Source of the DNA: Bacteroidota bacterium
GTDB lineage: Bacteria; Bacteroidota; Ignavibacteria; UBA10030; UBA8401
Direction of reading: 5' to 3'
Assembly (NCBI GenBank): GCA_035500675.1
Contig: DATJXA010000066.1
Coordinates: 1,169-65,168, forward strand
DNA length: 64,000 bases
Shown: one piece after another, positions 17,358-26,676 of the stretch
Layout of the letters: each line of letters starts with the position of its first letter
How positions within the stretch are numbered: position 1 is the first letter of the stretch
Made by a program: the position numbers and the translations under genes
The notes under the pieces: model-generated
What the model saw: only the letters and a program-made list of their open reading frames with translations
Told to the model about the DNA's origin: nothing
Databases searched by the model: none

Positions 17358-19355
17358 ATGGAAACTCCCGCTCCTAATACGCTTCCCGACAACGCCTACA
17401 AAGAATTGAAACCGGGCGAAGACTATCGTCCGATCATGGACCCGAATCAATCGTATCCTGAAGTCACTCCGTGGTCGGTCGGATGGGGATTGGTGATGGC
17501 CGTCTTCTTTTCTGCGGCTGCGGCATATTCCGGGCTGAAGATCGGACAAGTATTTGAAGCGGCGATTCCGATAGCGATACTCGCGGTCGGATTATCCACG
17601 GCATTCAAGAAAAAAGGGGCGCTCGGACAGAATGTGATCATCCAATCGATCGGCGCGTGTTCCGGCGTTATCGTTGCCGGTGCGATCTTTACGATTCCCG
17701 CCCTGTATATTCTGGACCTGCCCGCAAATTTCTTCCAAGTATTTTTTGCGTCGGCGATCGGAGGGTTTCTTGGAATTCTTTTCCTCATACCGTTCCGTAA
17801 ATATTTTGTTAAGGAAATGCACGGGACGCTTCCGTTCCCGGAAGCGACTGCGACGACCGAGATCCTGATCGCCGGTGAAAAAGGAGGGGCGCAGGCGGTG
17901 GTGCTCGTCGTCAGCGGACTCATCGGAGGACTTTTCGATTTCACCTTCAGCGCGTTCGGCTGGTGGTCGGAAGTCATCTCGACGAGGATGTTTCATTACG
18001 GCGAGGAGCTCGCCAACAGAGTGAAAATGGTCGCAAAAGTGGACGTTTCAGCCATGGTGTTCGGACTCGGATACATCGTCGGACTGAAATATTCTGCGAT
18101 CATCGCAGCGGGTTCATTCCTCTCATGGTTTGTACTCGTTCCGTTGTTCAACGAGGTGGGACATTCACTGACAGTCCCGCTCGGAGCGACCGTCACAAAA
18201 CTCATCGCCGATATGTCGGCGGAGGAAATTTTCCGCAACTATGTTCGGCAGATCGGCATCGGGGGCATCGCCATGGCGGGGATCATCGGCATTATCCGTT
18301 CGTCGAAAATTATTGGCGGCGCATTCTCACTTGCGTACCGCGAAATTTTTAAATCGAAGTCGGCGGGAGAAGAATCATCCGTACGGTGGCAGTCGGATAT
18401 CAAGATGCTGTATGTCGTATTGTTAATTCTGTTGACGGCACTGCTTGTTTTTGTCTTCTTCTACGGCGGGGTCGTTTTCGATCTCGGCCACGCCGTCGTC
18501 GGGCTTTTGATCGTCATGATCATTTCGTTTCTTTTCACCACCGTGGCCGCAAACGCAACGGCTATCGTCGGCACAAATCCCGTCTCCGGGATGACGCTCA
18601 TGACGCTGATCCTTTCATCGTTCGTCCTCGTGCGCATTGGACTGACGGGAGCTTCAGGAATGGTCAGCGCGTTGATCATCGGCGGAGTGGTCTGCACGGC
18701 GCTTTCAGTCGCGGGAGGATTTGTCACTGATCTGAAGATCGGGTATTGGATCGGATCGACGCCAAGAAAACAGGAGACGTGGAAATTCCTCGGCGTGATC
18801 GTCTCGGCGGCCACTGTGGGGGGCGTTATTTACGTCCTGAACAAATCGTTCGGCTTCAAGGGCGAGCATGCGATGGTGGCGCCGCAAGCGAATGCGATGG
18901 CCGCGGTGATCCAGCCGCTGATGTCGAACGTGTCGGCCCCATGGGTCCTCTACGCCGTCGGCGCGATCATCGCGCTGATCTTGACGATGGTCGAAATCTC
19001 CCCTCTCGCATTTGCGCTCGGAATGTATATCCCTCAAGAACTGAACACGCCGCTCGTCTTTGGCGGATTGATCGCGTGGTGGGTCACAACGCGCACTAAA
19101 AATGAGAAGTTAAACAATGCACGCTTCTCGCGTGGAACACTTATCGCATCGGGATTCATCGCAGGCGGGTCGCTCTTCGGAGTCCTCAACGCGTTCCTGA
19201 GATTTATCGACCAGGACGTTTATAGTTTCGGTTACGCAGGATGGTATGCACAATCATGGGCGGACTCGCATGCCGGTGAAATCACCGGTCTCATTATGTT
19301 CATTCTCTTGTTCTCGTACGCTCTGTGGGATTCGATGCGGGCAAAGGAAGAATGA
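17358..19355 (+). CDS. OPT-family oligopeptide transporter
   Basis: A 665-aa polytopic protein. The N-terminus 'YKELKPGEDY...EVTPWSVGWGLVMAVFFSAAAAYSGLKIGQ' is typical of bacterial OPT proteins. The gene is adjacent to pepT. Confidence 0.85.
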   Translation: METPAPNTLPDNAYKELKPGEDYRPIMDPNQSYPEVTPWSVGWGLVMAVFFSAAAAYSGLKIGQVFEAAIPIAILAVGLSTAFKKKGALGQNVIIQSIGACSGVIVAGAIFTIPALYILDLPANFFQVFFASAIGGFLGILFLIPFRKYFVKEMHGTLPFPEATATTEILIAGEKGGAQAVVLVVSGLIGGLFDFTFSAFGWWSEVISTRMFHYGEELANRVKMVAKVDVSAMVFGLGYIVGLKYSAIIAAGSFLSWFVLVPLFNEVGHSLTVPLGATVTKLIADMSAEEIFRNYVRQIGIGGIAMAGIIGIIRSSKIIGGAFSLAYREIFKSKSAGEESSVRWQSDIKMLYVVLLILLTALLVFVFFYGGVVFDLGHAVVGLLIVMIISFLFTTVAANATAIVGTNPVSGMTLMTLILSSFVLVRIGLTGASGMVSALIIGGVVCTALSVAGGFVTDLKIGYWIGSTPRKQETWKFLGVIVSAATVGGVIYVLNKSFGFKGEHAMVAPQANAMAAVIQPLMSNVSAPWVLYAVGAIIALILTMVEISPLAFALGMYIPQELNTPLVFGGLIAWWVTTRTKNEKLNNARFSRGTLIASGFIAGGSLFGVLNAFLRFIDQDVYSFGYAGWYAQSWADSHAGEITGLIMFILLFSYALWDSMRAKEE

Positions 19356-19365
19356 TTGTAGCCTG

Positions 19366-19548
19366 TTATTTGATCCCCCTTTTTTTTCTTTCGATAATCA
19401 CCTGGGCATCGACTTGCGAGGCGCAGATCGGACAAATATAACGGCGGGTCGTTTCATTGAAATCCGGCTCGACTACCTGACTGCAGTGAGGGCATTTAAC
19501 TTGCAACGGATTTTCATTACTGGATTTTGGCATATATCCAAGCTCCAA
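19366..19548 (-). CDS. Small four-Cys zinc-ribbon protein
   Basis: 'CPHC...(18 aa)...CPIC'. 60 aa. It lies 17 nt downstream of the esterase gene on the same strand. Confidence 0.45.
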   Translation of the reverse strand: MELGYMPKSSNENPLQVKCPHCSQVVEPDFNETTRRYICPICASQVDAQVIIERKKRGIK

Positions 19549-19565
19549 ACATTAGAGGGGAAAAT

Positions 19566-20717
19566 TTATTTTCCGAACATGAAGACCAGTGGGCGCCACA
19601 CGCGCCGAGCCCAGGCACGTTCGTTGTGCTCGGCCCCCTTGTCGAAAAAATATTCCAAATCCTTCCCCTTTACATAGCCTTTTTCCTCAAGCACTCTTAC
19701 CATTTTGTCGTAACCAGGTTTGAGCAGTGTGTCGATTCCCGCACTGCCGTTGTCAAGATAAATGCGGATATTTTTTTTAGGACCGGCGTATGCCTTTACT
19801 TCCTTAATGATTTTATTGCTGTCGACAAGAAAAGCGCTTGAGAGGCATCCAGCTTTGGAGAAGATATCGGGGTACCACCATGCGAAAAGAAACGATATCA
19901 AGCCACCCGATGAAGAACCCATAACGGCCGTGTTCTTCTTGTCTGGTTTTGTCCGATACATTGAATCGATCATTGGCTTCACCATGTGCACGACAAAATC
20001 GGCATAGGCTCTGCCAAGAGGGGTGTCAGAATACTCCTGCTCCCGATCTCGCGTGTTGTAAATCCCGACGATAATGATCTCTTCGATCGAACGGGCTTCG
20101 ATCAGGCTGTCTGCGACTTCATCCACGCGCCAGTCCAATCCACCAAACGACGTCAACGGGTCGATAATGTTTTGCCCGTCGTGCATATAAAGGACCGGAT
20201 ACTTTTTTGACGGATTTTTCTCATACGAAGGGGGAAGCCAGATAATCACGTCGCGCGGATGTCTCAACGCCGGCGACCTTAGTCCGCGAAGATATTTTAC
20301 GGTGCCGGTGATTCCTTCGTTAATGGGGAAATCAATGTCTTTCCAACTAATGGGGTGGAGGGTAATTACCGTGTCTGACTTCAAAACTAAAACAACATTC
20401 GTTGGAATCGTTTTGTGCCCATAAAGAGCTTCATTGATCCAGCTTCCGCGGGTAATTTTAAATTCAAGTTGCGATCCTTCGTTAAACGAGGCGTGGAATG
20501 ACCACGTGCTGTCATTCTCTCGGGTCATCATCGCTGCGCCGGCATCCCATCCCCCCAATGCTGTACCATTCCCCGCAACAAAAACGCTTGCGTTTCTCGG
20601 AGTAGACTTCGGCGCGACAACTTTTATTATGAGCTTGTGCTGCAAAGGGGTAATGGAAAAAGACGGAGGAATGGAAAAGATACAAAGGGCGGAAACGAGG
20701 GAGAGCTTTAAAGGCAT
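19566..20717 (-). CDS. Secreted esterase (alpha/beta hydrolase, 'putative esterase' family) with N-terminal CBM-like beta-sandwich
   Basis: 'PVLYMHDGQNIIDP' and the nucleophile elbow 'VMGSSSGGLISF'. The N-terminus 'VFVAGNGTALGGWDAGAAMMTRENDSTWSFHASFNEGSQLEFKITRGSW' resembles CBM20/48-type modules. Confidence 0.7.
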   Translation of the reverse strand: MPLKLSLVSALCIFSIPPSFSITPLQHKLIIKVVAPKSTPRNASVFVAGNGTALGGWDAGAAMMTRENDSTWSFHASFNEGSQLEFKITRGSWINEALYGHKTIPTNVVLVLKSDTVITLHPISWKDIDFPINEGITGTVKYLRGLRSPALRHPRDVIIWLPPSYEKNPSKKYPVLYMHDGQNIIDPLTSFGGLDWRVDEVADSLIEARSIEEIIIVGIYNTRDREQEYSDTPLGRAYADFVVHMVKPMIDSMYRTKPDKKNTAVMGSSSGGLISFLFAWWYPDIFSKAGCLSSAFLVDSNKIIKEVKAYAGPKKNIRIYLDNGSAGIDTLLKPGYDKMVRVLEEKGYVKGKDLEYFFDKGAEHNERAWARRVWRPLVFMFGK

Positions 20718-20738
20718 AATAGGTTTTACGAAATGTGG

Positions 20739-20769
20739 CGGAGGTCAGAACAATGGCTCCCGACCTCCG
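20739..20769 (-). terminator. Possible stem-loop downstream of the TPR gene
   Basis: An 8-bp stem CGGAGGTC / GACCTCCG with a 15-nt loop. There is no strong U-tract on the minus strand, so this call is weak. Confidence 0.25.
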
Positions 20770-20869
20770 GTAAATTTTTCGTAAACCAAAATACCAACGA
20801 AGAGCTGAAATGTCAATTTCTCCGGCTAAGGTTCAAGCCGAAATCCGGTTACAGGTTCCTTTCTTCTGC

Positions 20870-22327
20870 TCAGCCGGCCGCCAGCATCTTCGACGCCCTG
20901 TTCCTCATAAAAGCATAATTCATCAACGGGAGGCTGTAAAATTCTGCCGCCTGTTTGCAGAATTTGTTCGCGTTTCCTAAATCGCCTTTCGCTTTGTATG
21001 CCAGGGCCATCCGATAAAGGTTGTACGGGTCTTGCTGGTTTGCTTGGTGTAGCTCGCTCAGCGCTTCATCGTAGTTCTTTTCAGCCAACGCTTCAATGCC
21101 TTTTAGCTCGTGAGCAAACCGAATTTGATTTGCGTTTTTGTTTTCTTCCGCGGCGTGCGAAAATTCTTCGATCTCCGTCTTTGCAGTATGAAAATCGCTT
21201 TTTGCGATCGCGATACGCGCTCTGTTGTAATGATCGGCAAAAAGTGCGTTCTTTTTAAGCTCGGGAGAAAGGTCTGAGTGTGAGATCAAATCAACTGAAG
21301 TTGCAAATGTTTGAGCAGCGTCATCGTATTTTCCCATTTCGAGAAGCACGTTCGCTTTGGCCGCAAGATCGCCGGACATTCCCAGAACATCATTGATATT
21401 CCTGCCGATGGCGTACTCCTTGTCAAAATCCCCAAGCGCCGATTCCAAGTTCCCTCCGTCGATGTCGACCACCGCTTTCACAAAACATGCTTGACGCCTT
21501 TCGCCGTCGTTATGGGCTGAGGAAGCAAGCTGTTCGGCTTCGGCCGCCGCTTTTTCATTCTTCCCTTGATACAGGTAGTTCATCGTCAAACCGATCCTCG
21601 AAGAAGTAAAATTCGGGTCGATGCCAAGGGCTTTCTTATAGTTGTCAATCGATTGATCAAAGCGCCCCATTTTAAGGAGGAGCTCGGCGTACGAATCGTA
21701 CGGGTTCGGGTCGTTCGGCAATAATTCCGTATACCTCTTGAAAGTTTTCTCGGCCTTTTCATACTGTTGGACCTGACGATAGGCATATCCAAGAATGTTA
21801 TACGCAGGCGCAAATCGATCGGCAATGTGAATCGCTTTTTCATATTCCCGGATAGCGTCACGATAGTCCTGCATGCCGAAAAAGTAACCGCCGAGAGTAA
21901 CATGCGCGCGTTCATCATCCGGATAAAGTGCAACTAATTTTTCGAGACATTCCTTTTGTTTATTCAGGTCTCCCTTCGTGCCGGCATCAGTCGCAAGAAT
22001 AAGAAGCCGCTCCCCCTCCGACGCATTCTTTATGTGGCTCATCGCCTCCTTAAGGTTTTGGAACAGATCCTTCGCCGTAAGGGAATTATTCGCCCGATCG
22101 AGGTACGCAGAGGCGAACGACGAGTCGAGCTCAATGGCATTGTCGAAATGTTTGAGGGATTCTCTCACCTGAAGGTTGTCGGCGAGCTGTTGCCCGATGA
22201 GAAATTCCTTTTTTGCCTGCTCCGAAGCGGTCGTGATCGGGATCTTTTCTTCGTTCGCTCCGGCCAACGCTCCTGTGACATTCAACATCACACAAAGAAC
22301 AAGAACGAATGTTGAAATTGTTTTCAT
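20870..22327 (-). CDS. Secreted tetratricopeptide-repeat (TPR) protein
   Basis: The internal ATG at 22327 gives 'MKTISTFVLVLCVMLNVTGALA' (signal peptide). Multiple 34-aa TPR-like units are present, for example 'AYNILGYAYRQVQQYEKAEKTFKRYTELLPNDP'. Confidence 0.8.
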   Translation of the reverse strand: MKTISTFVLVLCVMLNVTGALAGANEEKIPITTASEQAKKEFLIGQQLADNLQVRESLKHFDNAIELDSSFASAYLDRANNSLTAKDLFQNLKEAMSHIKNASEGERLLILATDAGTKGDLNKQKECLEKLVALYPDDERAHVTLGGYFFGMQDYRDAIREYEKAIHIADRFAPAYNILGYAYRQVQQYEKAEKTFKRYTELLPNDPNPYDSYAELLLKMGRFDQSIDNYKKALGIDPNFTSSRIGLTMNYLYQGKNEKAAAEAEQLASSAHNDGERRQACFVKAVVDIDGGNLESALGDFDKEYAIGRNINDVLGMSGDLAAKANVLLEMGKYDDAAQTFATSVDLISHSDLSPELKKNALFADHYNRARIAIAKSDFHTAKTEIEEFSHAAEENKNANQIRFAHELKGIEALAEKNYDEALSELHQANQQDPYNLYRMALAYKAKGDLGNANKFCKQAAEFYSLPLMNYAFMRNRASKMLAAG

Positions 22328-22699
22328 AAAGCCTCCGTAGTATGTTTGGAATACAGGGATGATCAATCGACCAGAGTATCGTTCGGCAAAACGATGCGGT
22401 CGTTTCCCGGCACGGGTCCGACACAACTTACATACACTATAATGCCAAGGGGGTCGATCGTTATACGGAAGGATTGGGGAAAAGGTTACTGAGCTATTTG
22501 AGCAGGAAAATCACAATATCTTCTGGACATGCCGACCGCCTACTCATGACCAAATGACAAATGCCAATTGGGCCGGGTTTCGGTTGGGATGCTCATGCGG
22601 AAAAGAGTTATTGTTAGCAATATTGAATGAAGGAAGGCTTTTTCCTATATTTTTTGCAATTGCCCCTCGAAAATGGGTCATCAAAACCGAGATATCCGT

Positions 22700-23392
22700 A
22701 TGAACATCCTATCTGTTAATCCGAAAAGTTTTGTGAGGGGTTGCGTGAAGTTGTTCGCTGCTGGCGGGCTGATGATTCTTCAACCGGTTGTCGCTGCCGG
22801 GCAGGGACAAAACGGTATTGTCATCAAACCGAACCTTAGCAGTTCTGATAAACTGTCTGAATGGACTTTGGATGGATCTGGCTCATGGCAAATTGAGGAT
22901 GGCCAGTTAGTATTGACGAAAGCCGGGAGTCCATCCGGCCCGATCCGACGGCCCTCGGCACTGGCCATTCTCAACAGCGATTCGCTAAGCTCGGTCATGG
23001 TTCAAGCCGACATCCAATCGGACGTTGACACAAGCAACCTCCATCGGGACCTGGACATCGTTGTCGGTTATCAATCACCCCAACGCTTCTATTATGTTCA
23101 TCTTGCCGCAACGACGGATAGCGTCCACAACGGAATTTTTATCGTGGATAACGCAAACCGGCGGAGGATTGATTCAGGAAGTGGCATCCCTCGGCTGACA
23201 GGCAAGGCATGGCATTACGTTTCAGTAATTCGGGACGGGGATAACGGAATCATTACGGTATATCTCGACTCGTTCAAATCGCCGGTTTTGCAGGCAATCG
23301 ATACGACTCTTCGTTTCGGCCGTGTCGGATTTGGCTCGTTCGATGACACGGGGCACTTTCGCAATATTATAATCACAAGCTCTCTGCGATGA
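22700..23392 (+). CDS. DUF1080 / 3-keto-disaccharide hydrolase-like (ConA-like lectin fold) secreted protein
   Basis: 'W..DGSGSWQIEDGQLVL' near the N-terminus and 'GRVGFGSFDDTGHFRNIIIT' near the C-terminus are typical of the family. A signal-like N-terminus is present. Confidence 0.65.
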   Translation: MNILSVNPKSFVRGCVKLFAAGGLMILQPVVAAGQGQNGIVIKPNLSSSDKLSEWTLDGSGSWQIEDGQLVLTKAGSPSGPIRRPSALAILNSDSLSSVMVQADIQSDVDTSNLHRDLDIVVGYQSPQRFYYVHLAATTDSVHNGIFIVDNANRRRIDSGSGIPRLTGKAWHYVSVIRDGDNGIITVYLDSFKSPVLQAIDTTLRFGRVGFGSFDDTGHFRNIIITSSLR

Positions 23393-23433
23393 TTCGGCAT
23401 TCGTTTATCTGATTGACAATGCGAGGTGCGATC

Positions 23434-24480
23434 ATGCGTTTAAAAAACATCCTTCTTAATTCTTGTCTCGCCATTCTTCTCTCCTTTCAATTTACCTTTG
23501 CCGCCGCAAAACCGGTGGTCTTGATGTTTATTATAGACGGATTACAAAGCGACGCTGCGAAGGTCGCGATCGCTCATGGCGCGAGCAATCTTAAATTCCT
23601 TTATGATAACGGCGTGTGGGTCGAAGAGGCTTATTGCGTAAGCCCCTCACCGTATTTACGACTTCCGGATGGATCGCTTCCATGGGGAACTTCGTCCCCG
23701 CCGAACGTCGCGATGCACACGGGCACTCATGTCTTCGAATCGCGGAACATGGACGACATTTTTCTTGCAGCGCGAAGATCCGGCATCAAATCCGTCTTCG
23801 CCGGCGGTGCATTAAATTACAAAGAGTTCAACACGGCCGATTATTGCTATTACTCAAATACGGACCCGGACTCGGTCATGGTGCAACATGGACTCGATCA
23901 TTTTAAGAACGACGGGGTGCAATTGATCAGACTGCACATGCAGCGTATAAGAAATCATTGGAAGGGATCCGAGGAAAAGCTCGATCCAAACTCGGATTAT
24001 CAACAGTACATTCTATATTTAGACCGCTTGTTGGGCAAACTCATCGAGGAATTTAAAGCGGCGGGGGTTTGGGATAGCACGTACGTCATCGTCGCGGGGG
24101 ACCATGGAATGGGCATGACCTTAAAAAGCGAGCATCCGGCATCGATTATTTCTTCATGGAAACCATATATGAATTTTTACGGACCCGGCATCAAAAGAGG
24201 AGCAAGCATCCCGTACGCTGAATCGCCCGACATCGCACTCTTAGTCGATCGCTTCCTTAACCTTACACCATTACGAGGTCATCTAGATCCGAACGTCGAT
24301 GTCGTTCCCAGAGGAACAACGGGGACTCTATTGACAAACATTTTTATTGGGAATCCGAGGGAGCTTCCGCATCCGATGCTCATCAAACGGTATTTGGAAA
24401 GCACTGATTGGAAACCATCGGATGAGTACGGGGAGTATCGGCAGGCTATGATACAGTATTTGAAGGAATTACGTAAATAA
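23434..24480 (+). CDS. Alkaline-phosphatase-superfamily enzyme (type I phosphodiesterase / nucleotide pyrophosphatase-like), secreted
   Basis: 'MRLKNILLNSCLAILLSFQFTFAAA' signal peptide. 'VVLMFIIDGLQSD' and 'VIVAGDHGMG' are metal-site motifs of the AlkP/NPP superfamily. Confidence 0.65.
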   Translation: MRLKNILLNSCLAILLSFQFTFAAAKPVVLMFIIDGLQSDAAKVAIAHGASNLKFLYDNGVWVEEAYCVSPSPYLRLPDGSLPWGTSSPPNVAMHTGTHVFESRNMDDIFLAARRSGIKSVFAGGALNYKEFNTADYCYYSNTDPDSVMVQHGLDHFKNDGVQLIRLHMQRIRNHWKGSEEKLDPNSDYQQYILYLDRLLGKLIEEFKAAGVWDSTYVIVAGDHGMGMTLKSEHPASIISSWKPYMNFYGPGIKRGASIPYAESPDIALLVDRFLNLTPLRGHLDPNVDVVPRGTTGTLLTNIFIGNPRELPHPMLIKRYLESTDWKPSDEYGEYRQAMIQYLKELRK

Positions 24481-24490
24481 TTTTGTTTTT

Positions 24491-24568
24491 TACACCGCAA
24501 TGGCGCGAAACACGTAGGGAATTTCGAAAAACTCAACACCCTTTGCGGTTTAGCGCCATTGCGGTGTA
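24491..24568. repeat. 16-bp perfect inverted repeat between convergent genes
   Basis: TACACCGCAATGGCGC (24491-24506) / GCGCCATTGCGGTGTA (24553-24568), with a 46-nt spacer that contains CCTTTGCGG. Confidence 0.55.
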
Positions 24569-24571
24569 GGA

Positions 24572-26275
24572 TCAATTATGCAGTTTCACTGCTTTCTGGT
24601 CGGCACCTCGCGCGAAACTTAATATCTGCTTCGCACTCGACACGTCGCCTCCATCGATCGTAATCCCACGGTTTTTTTCTCCTTCAACCTGCAAAAAAAC
24701 CTTCGCCGGATTAAGAAGACGTAAACCCGAAAGCAAAATGTCCTTCGAGTTTATAATTCGAAGGGTAGATTCTGCTTCCTTATTCCCTTCAACAGTCAGA
24801 TTGCTCAAAGCCGCATTATCGACATCATCCAGTATCACCGCAGGCCTCACATCGGGATTCGTGTACGTAAAGCTTACGTTCTGAAGCGACAGTCCGCTGA
24901 CATTCCTTGCGTACATGCCGTACGCAGGTGGGGTTCCGACCTGAAAATATTCTCCGGCGATTTCCGGCACATCTCTCACGTCAGCTTCGTCCGCAGTCCC
25001 GCCTCCTTCGTATGTCACATGAATGTCGGTAAGACTAATATTTTCAAGAAAGCTCTCGCCGACTCCATTGAGCACAATGCACTGCCGTAATTCACCTTTC
25101 CAGATGCCGGGACGAAATGGCATATCTTGCTGTTGGAGCGGAGTATCCACCACCGTCGCATAGATCCCGTTGAAAAAAATATTCTTCACAATTCCCTTGG
25201 GCGACACATTAATTTTTCCCGATCGGTCAGGCCGGGGTTTTGAGTCAAGACCTATCGAGATCGGCCCGGTCACTTTATTCAGTATGAGGTTTGAGAATGA
25301 GATGTTTTCCGCTCTGTCTCCTCTGCCAAACCGCATCTTGATCGGGCAGCCGTATGTTTCATAAATGACGCAGTTGGAAACTGTGATATTCCCTGGCTCG
25401 CCACCGCCAAATCGGAAGACGGACCAACGGGTGCTGAATGTGCAGTTTGTCACCGTGACGAATTTATTGCTGCCGAACAACGCGCACGCATCGTCCTGAC
25501 ATTTGACGTTGCAGTTCGAAATATTCACGTATTCCGAGCTTCCAAAATGGAATCCATCGTTGTTCTTATTGACTCTGTTCAGTATGGTGATTCCTTCAAG
25601 CTTCACGTAGCTGCATTCCAGTATGCGCATGCAGTGATAAGCGCTTCGTGTGAGAAAAATATCATGAACAAAAACGTTCGTGCATCCGTAAAAAATAATT
25701 AAATGAGGTCTGTCCATATTGCCGCTATGCTGACCCGGACCGGTTCCATCGCCGAGGCCATTATAAAAGAGCTGCCCTTGACCGTCGATGGTTCCGTTCC
25801 CATCAATGGCGACGTTATGCGCATGAGCGGCATAGATCAACGAGTAGTTTCCGTTGCCCGGTGGAACGCCTTTTCCCCGATAATAGTCTCCGATGTTGCC
25901 GCTTCCTAATAATCTCCCGGAAGCTGCAATGGTGAGAGTCACGTTGTCTTTCAATTCCAGTGTGCCGGTAATAAAATCGCCGGCCGGAACGAGCACCGTG
26001 CCGCCGCTATCGACGTAACACGAATCGATCGCCGATTGTATGGCGCTTGTGTTAAGAGTCTTGCCGTCGCCAATCGCGCCGAAATCTACAACGTCGTACA
26101 CCCTGCTGCCGTTTTGTCCGCTCGATACGATGGAAGCGCCCAGCGCCGCAACTTGTTTTGCTGAATGTCCCTCCCCGCCGATACCGAAAGCAAAGAGAGA
26201 CTGTTGAAGGCAGCATAAGGCGATAACGATCGCTTCAATTCGCATTACACATTTTGGTTTGACCCGTGTTTTCAT
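24572..26275 (-). CDS. Glycoside hydrolase family 28 (polygalacturonase / rhamnogalacturonase-like), secreted
   Basis: 'VYDVVDFGAIGDGKTLNTSAIQSAIDSC', 'NKNNDGFHF' and 'CQDDACALF' (GH28 NxDG and DD boxes), plus beta-helix repeats. Confidence 0.85.
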   Translation of the reverse strand: MKTRVKPKCVMRIEAIVIALCCLQQSLFAFGIGGEGHSAKQVAALGASIVSSGQNGSRVYDVVDFGAIGDGKTLNTSAIQSAIDSCYVDSGGTVLVPAGDFITGTLELKDNVTLTIAASGRLLGSGNIGDYYRGKGVPPGNGNYSLIYAAHAHNVAIDGNGTIDGQGQLFYNGLGDGTGPGQHSGNMDRPHLIIFYGCTNVFVHDIFLTRSAYHCMRILECSYVKLEGITILNRVNKNNDGFHFGSSEYVNISNCNVKCQDDACALFGSNKFVTVTNCTFSTRWSVFRFGGGEPGNITVSNCVIYETYGCPIKMRFGRGDRAENISFSNLILNKVTGPISIGLDSKPRPDRSGKINVSPKGIVKNIFFNGIYATVVDTPLQQQDMPFRPGIWKGELRQCIVLNGVGESFLENISLTDIHVTYEGGGTADEADVRDVPEIAGEYFQVGTPPAYGMYARNVSGLSLQNVSFTYTNPDVRPAVILDDVDNAALSNLTVEGNKEAESTLRIINSKDILLSGLRLLNPAKVFLQVEGEKNRGITIDGGDVSSAKQILSFARGADQKAVKLHN

Positions 26276-26303
26276 TAATCACCGCTCAAAATATCGGAGG
26301 CCG

Positions 26304-26654
26304 TTAGTGTTTAAGAAAATCTTCTCTGTGGGGAACGAAAACGTCGACCAACGCACTCTCTTCTAATGCAACCACACCGTGTTCGACGTTAGGGGGCATG
26401 AGATATCCGTCGCCGACCTTCTGAATTCGCTTTTCACCGTTCATGTTCACTTCAAACGACCCCTTGATGACGTATGAGAATTGTTTGTGCGGATGTTTAT
26501 GGAGCGACCCGACTGCCCCCTTTTTGAACTTCACAACGACAAGCATCATATCGTTGTCGTAACTCATGACCGACCTTGTCACGCCTTCGCCCGCGTATTC
26601 CCATTGAGCATTCTCGTTGAAGAAAAACCCTGTTTTTCCGAATTGCTCTCCCAT
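26304..26654 (-). CDS. kdgF: KdgF-like cupin (unsaturated uronate processing)
   Basis: A 116-aa cupin. 'GAVGSLHKHPHKQFSYVIKGSFEVNMNGEK' and the C-terminal 'VFVPHREDFL' resemble KdgF as I remember it. The gene sits between GH28 and lyase-like genes. Confidence 0.6.
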   Translation of the reverse strand: MGEQFGKTGFFFNENAQWEYAGEGVTRSVMSYDNDMMLVVVKFKKGAVGSLHKHPHKQFSYVIKGSFEVNMNGEKRIQKVGDGYLMPPNVEHGVVALEESALVDVFVPHREDFLKH

Positions 26655-26676
26655 AACCCGTACTCCTTATCGATGA

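Noticed and set aside
24491-24568. Bidirectional intrinsic terminator between the phosphatase-superfamily gene and GH28.
   Set aside because: The stem is good, but the T-run is on the wrong side for both convergent transcripts. I reported it as a repeat or palindrome instead.
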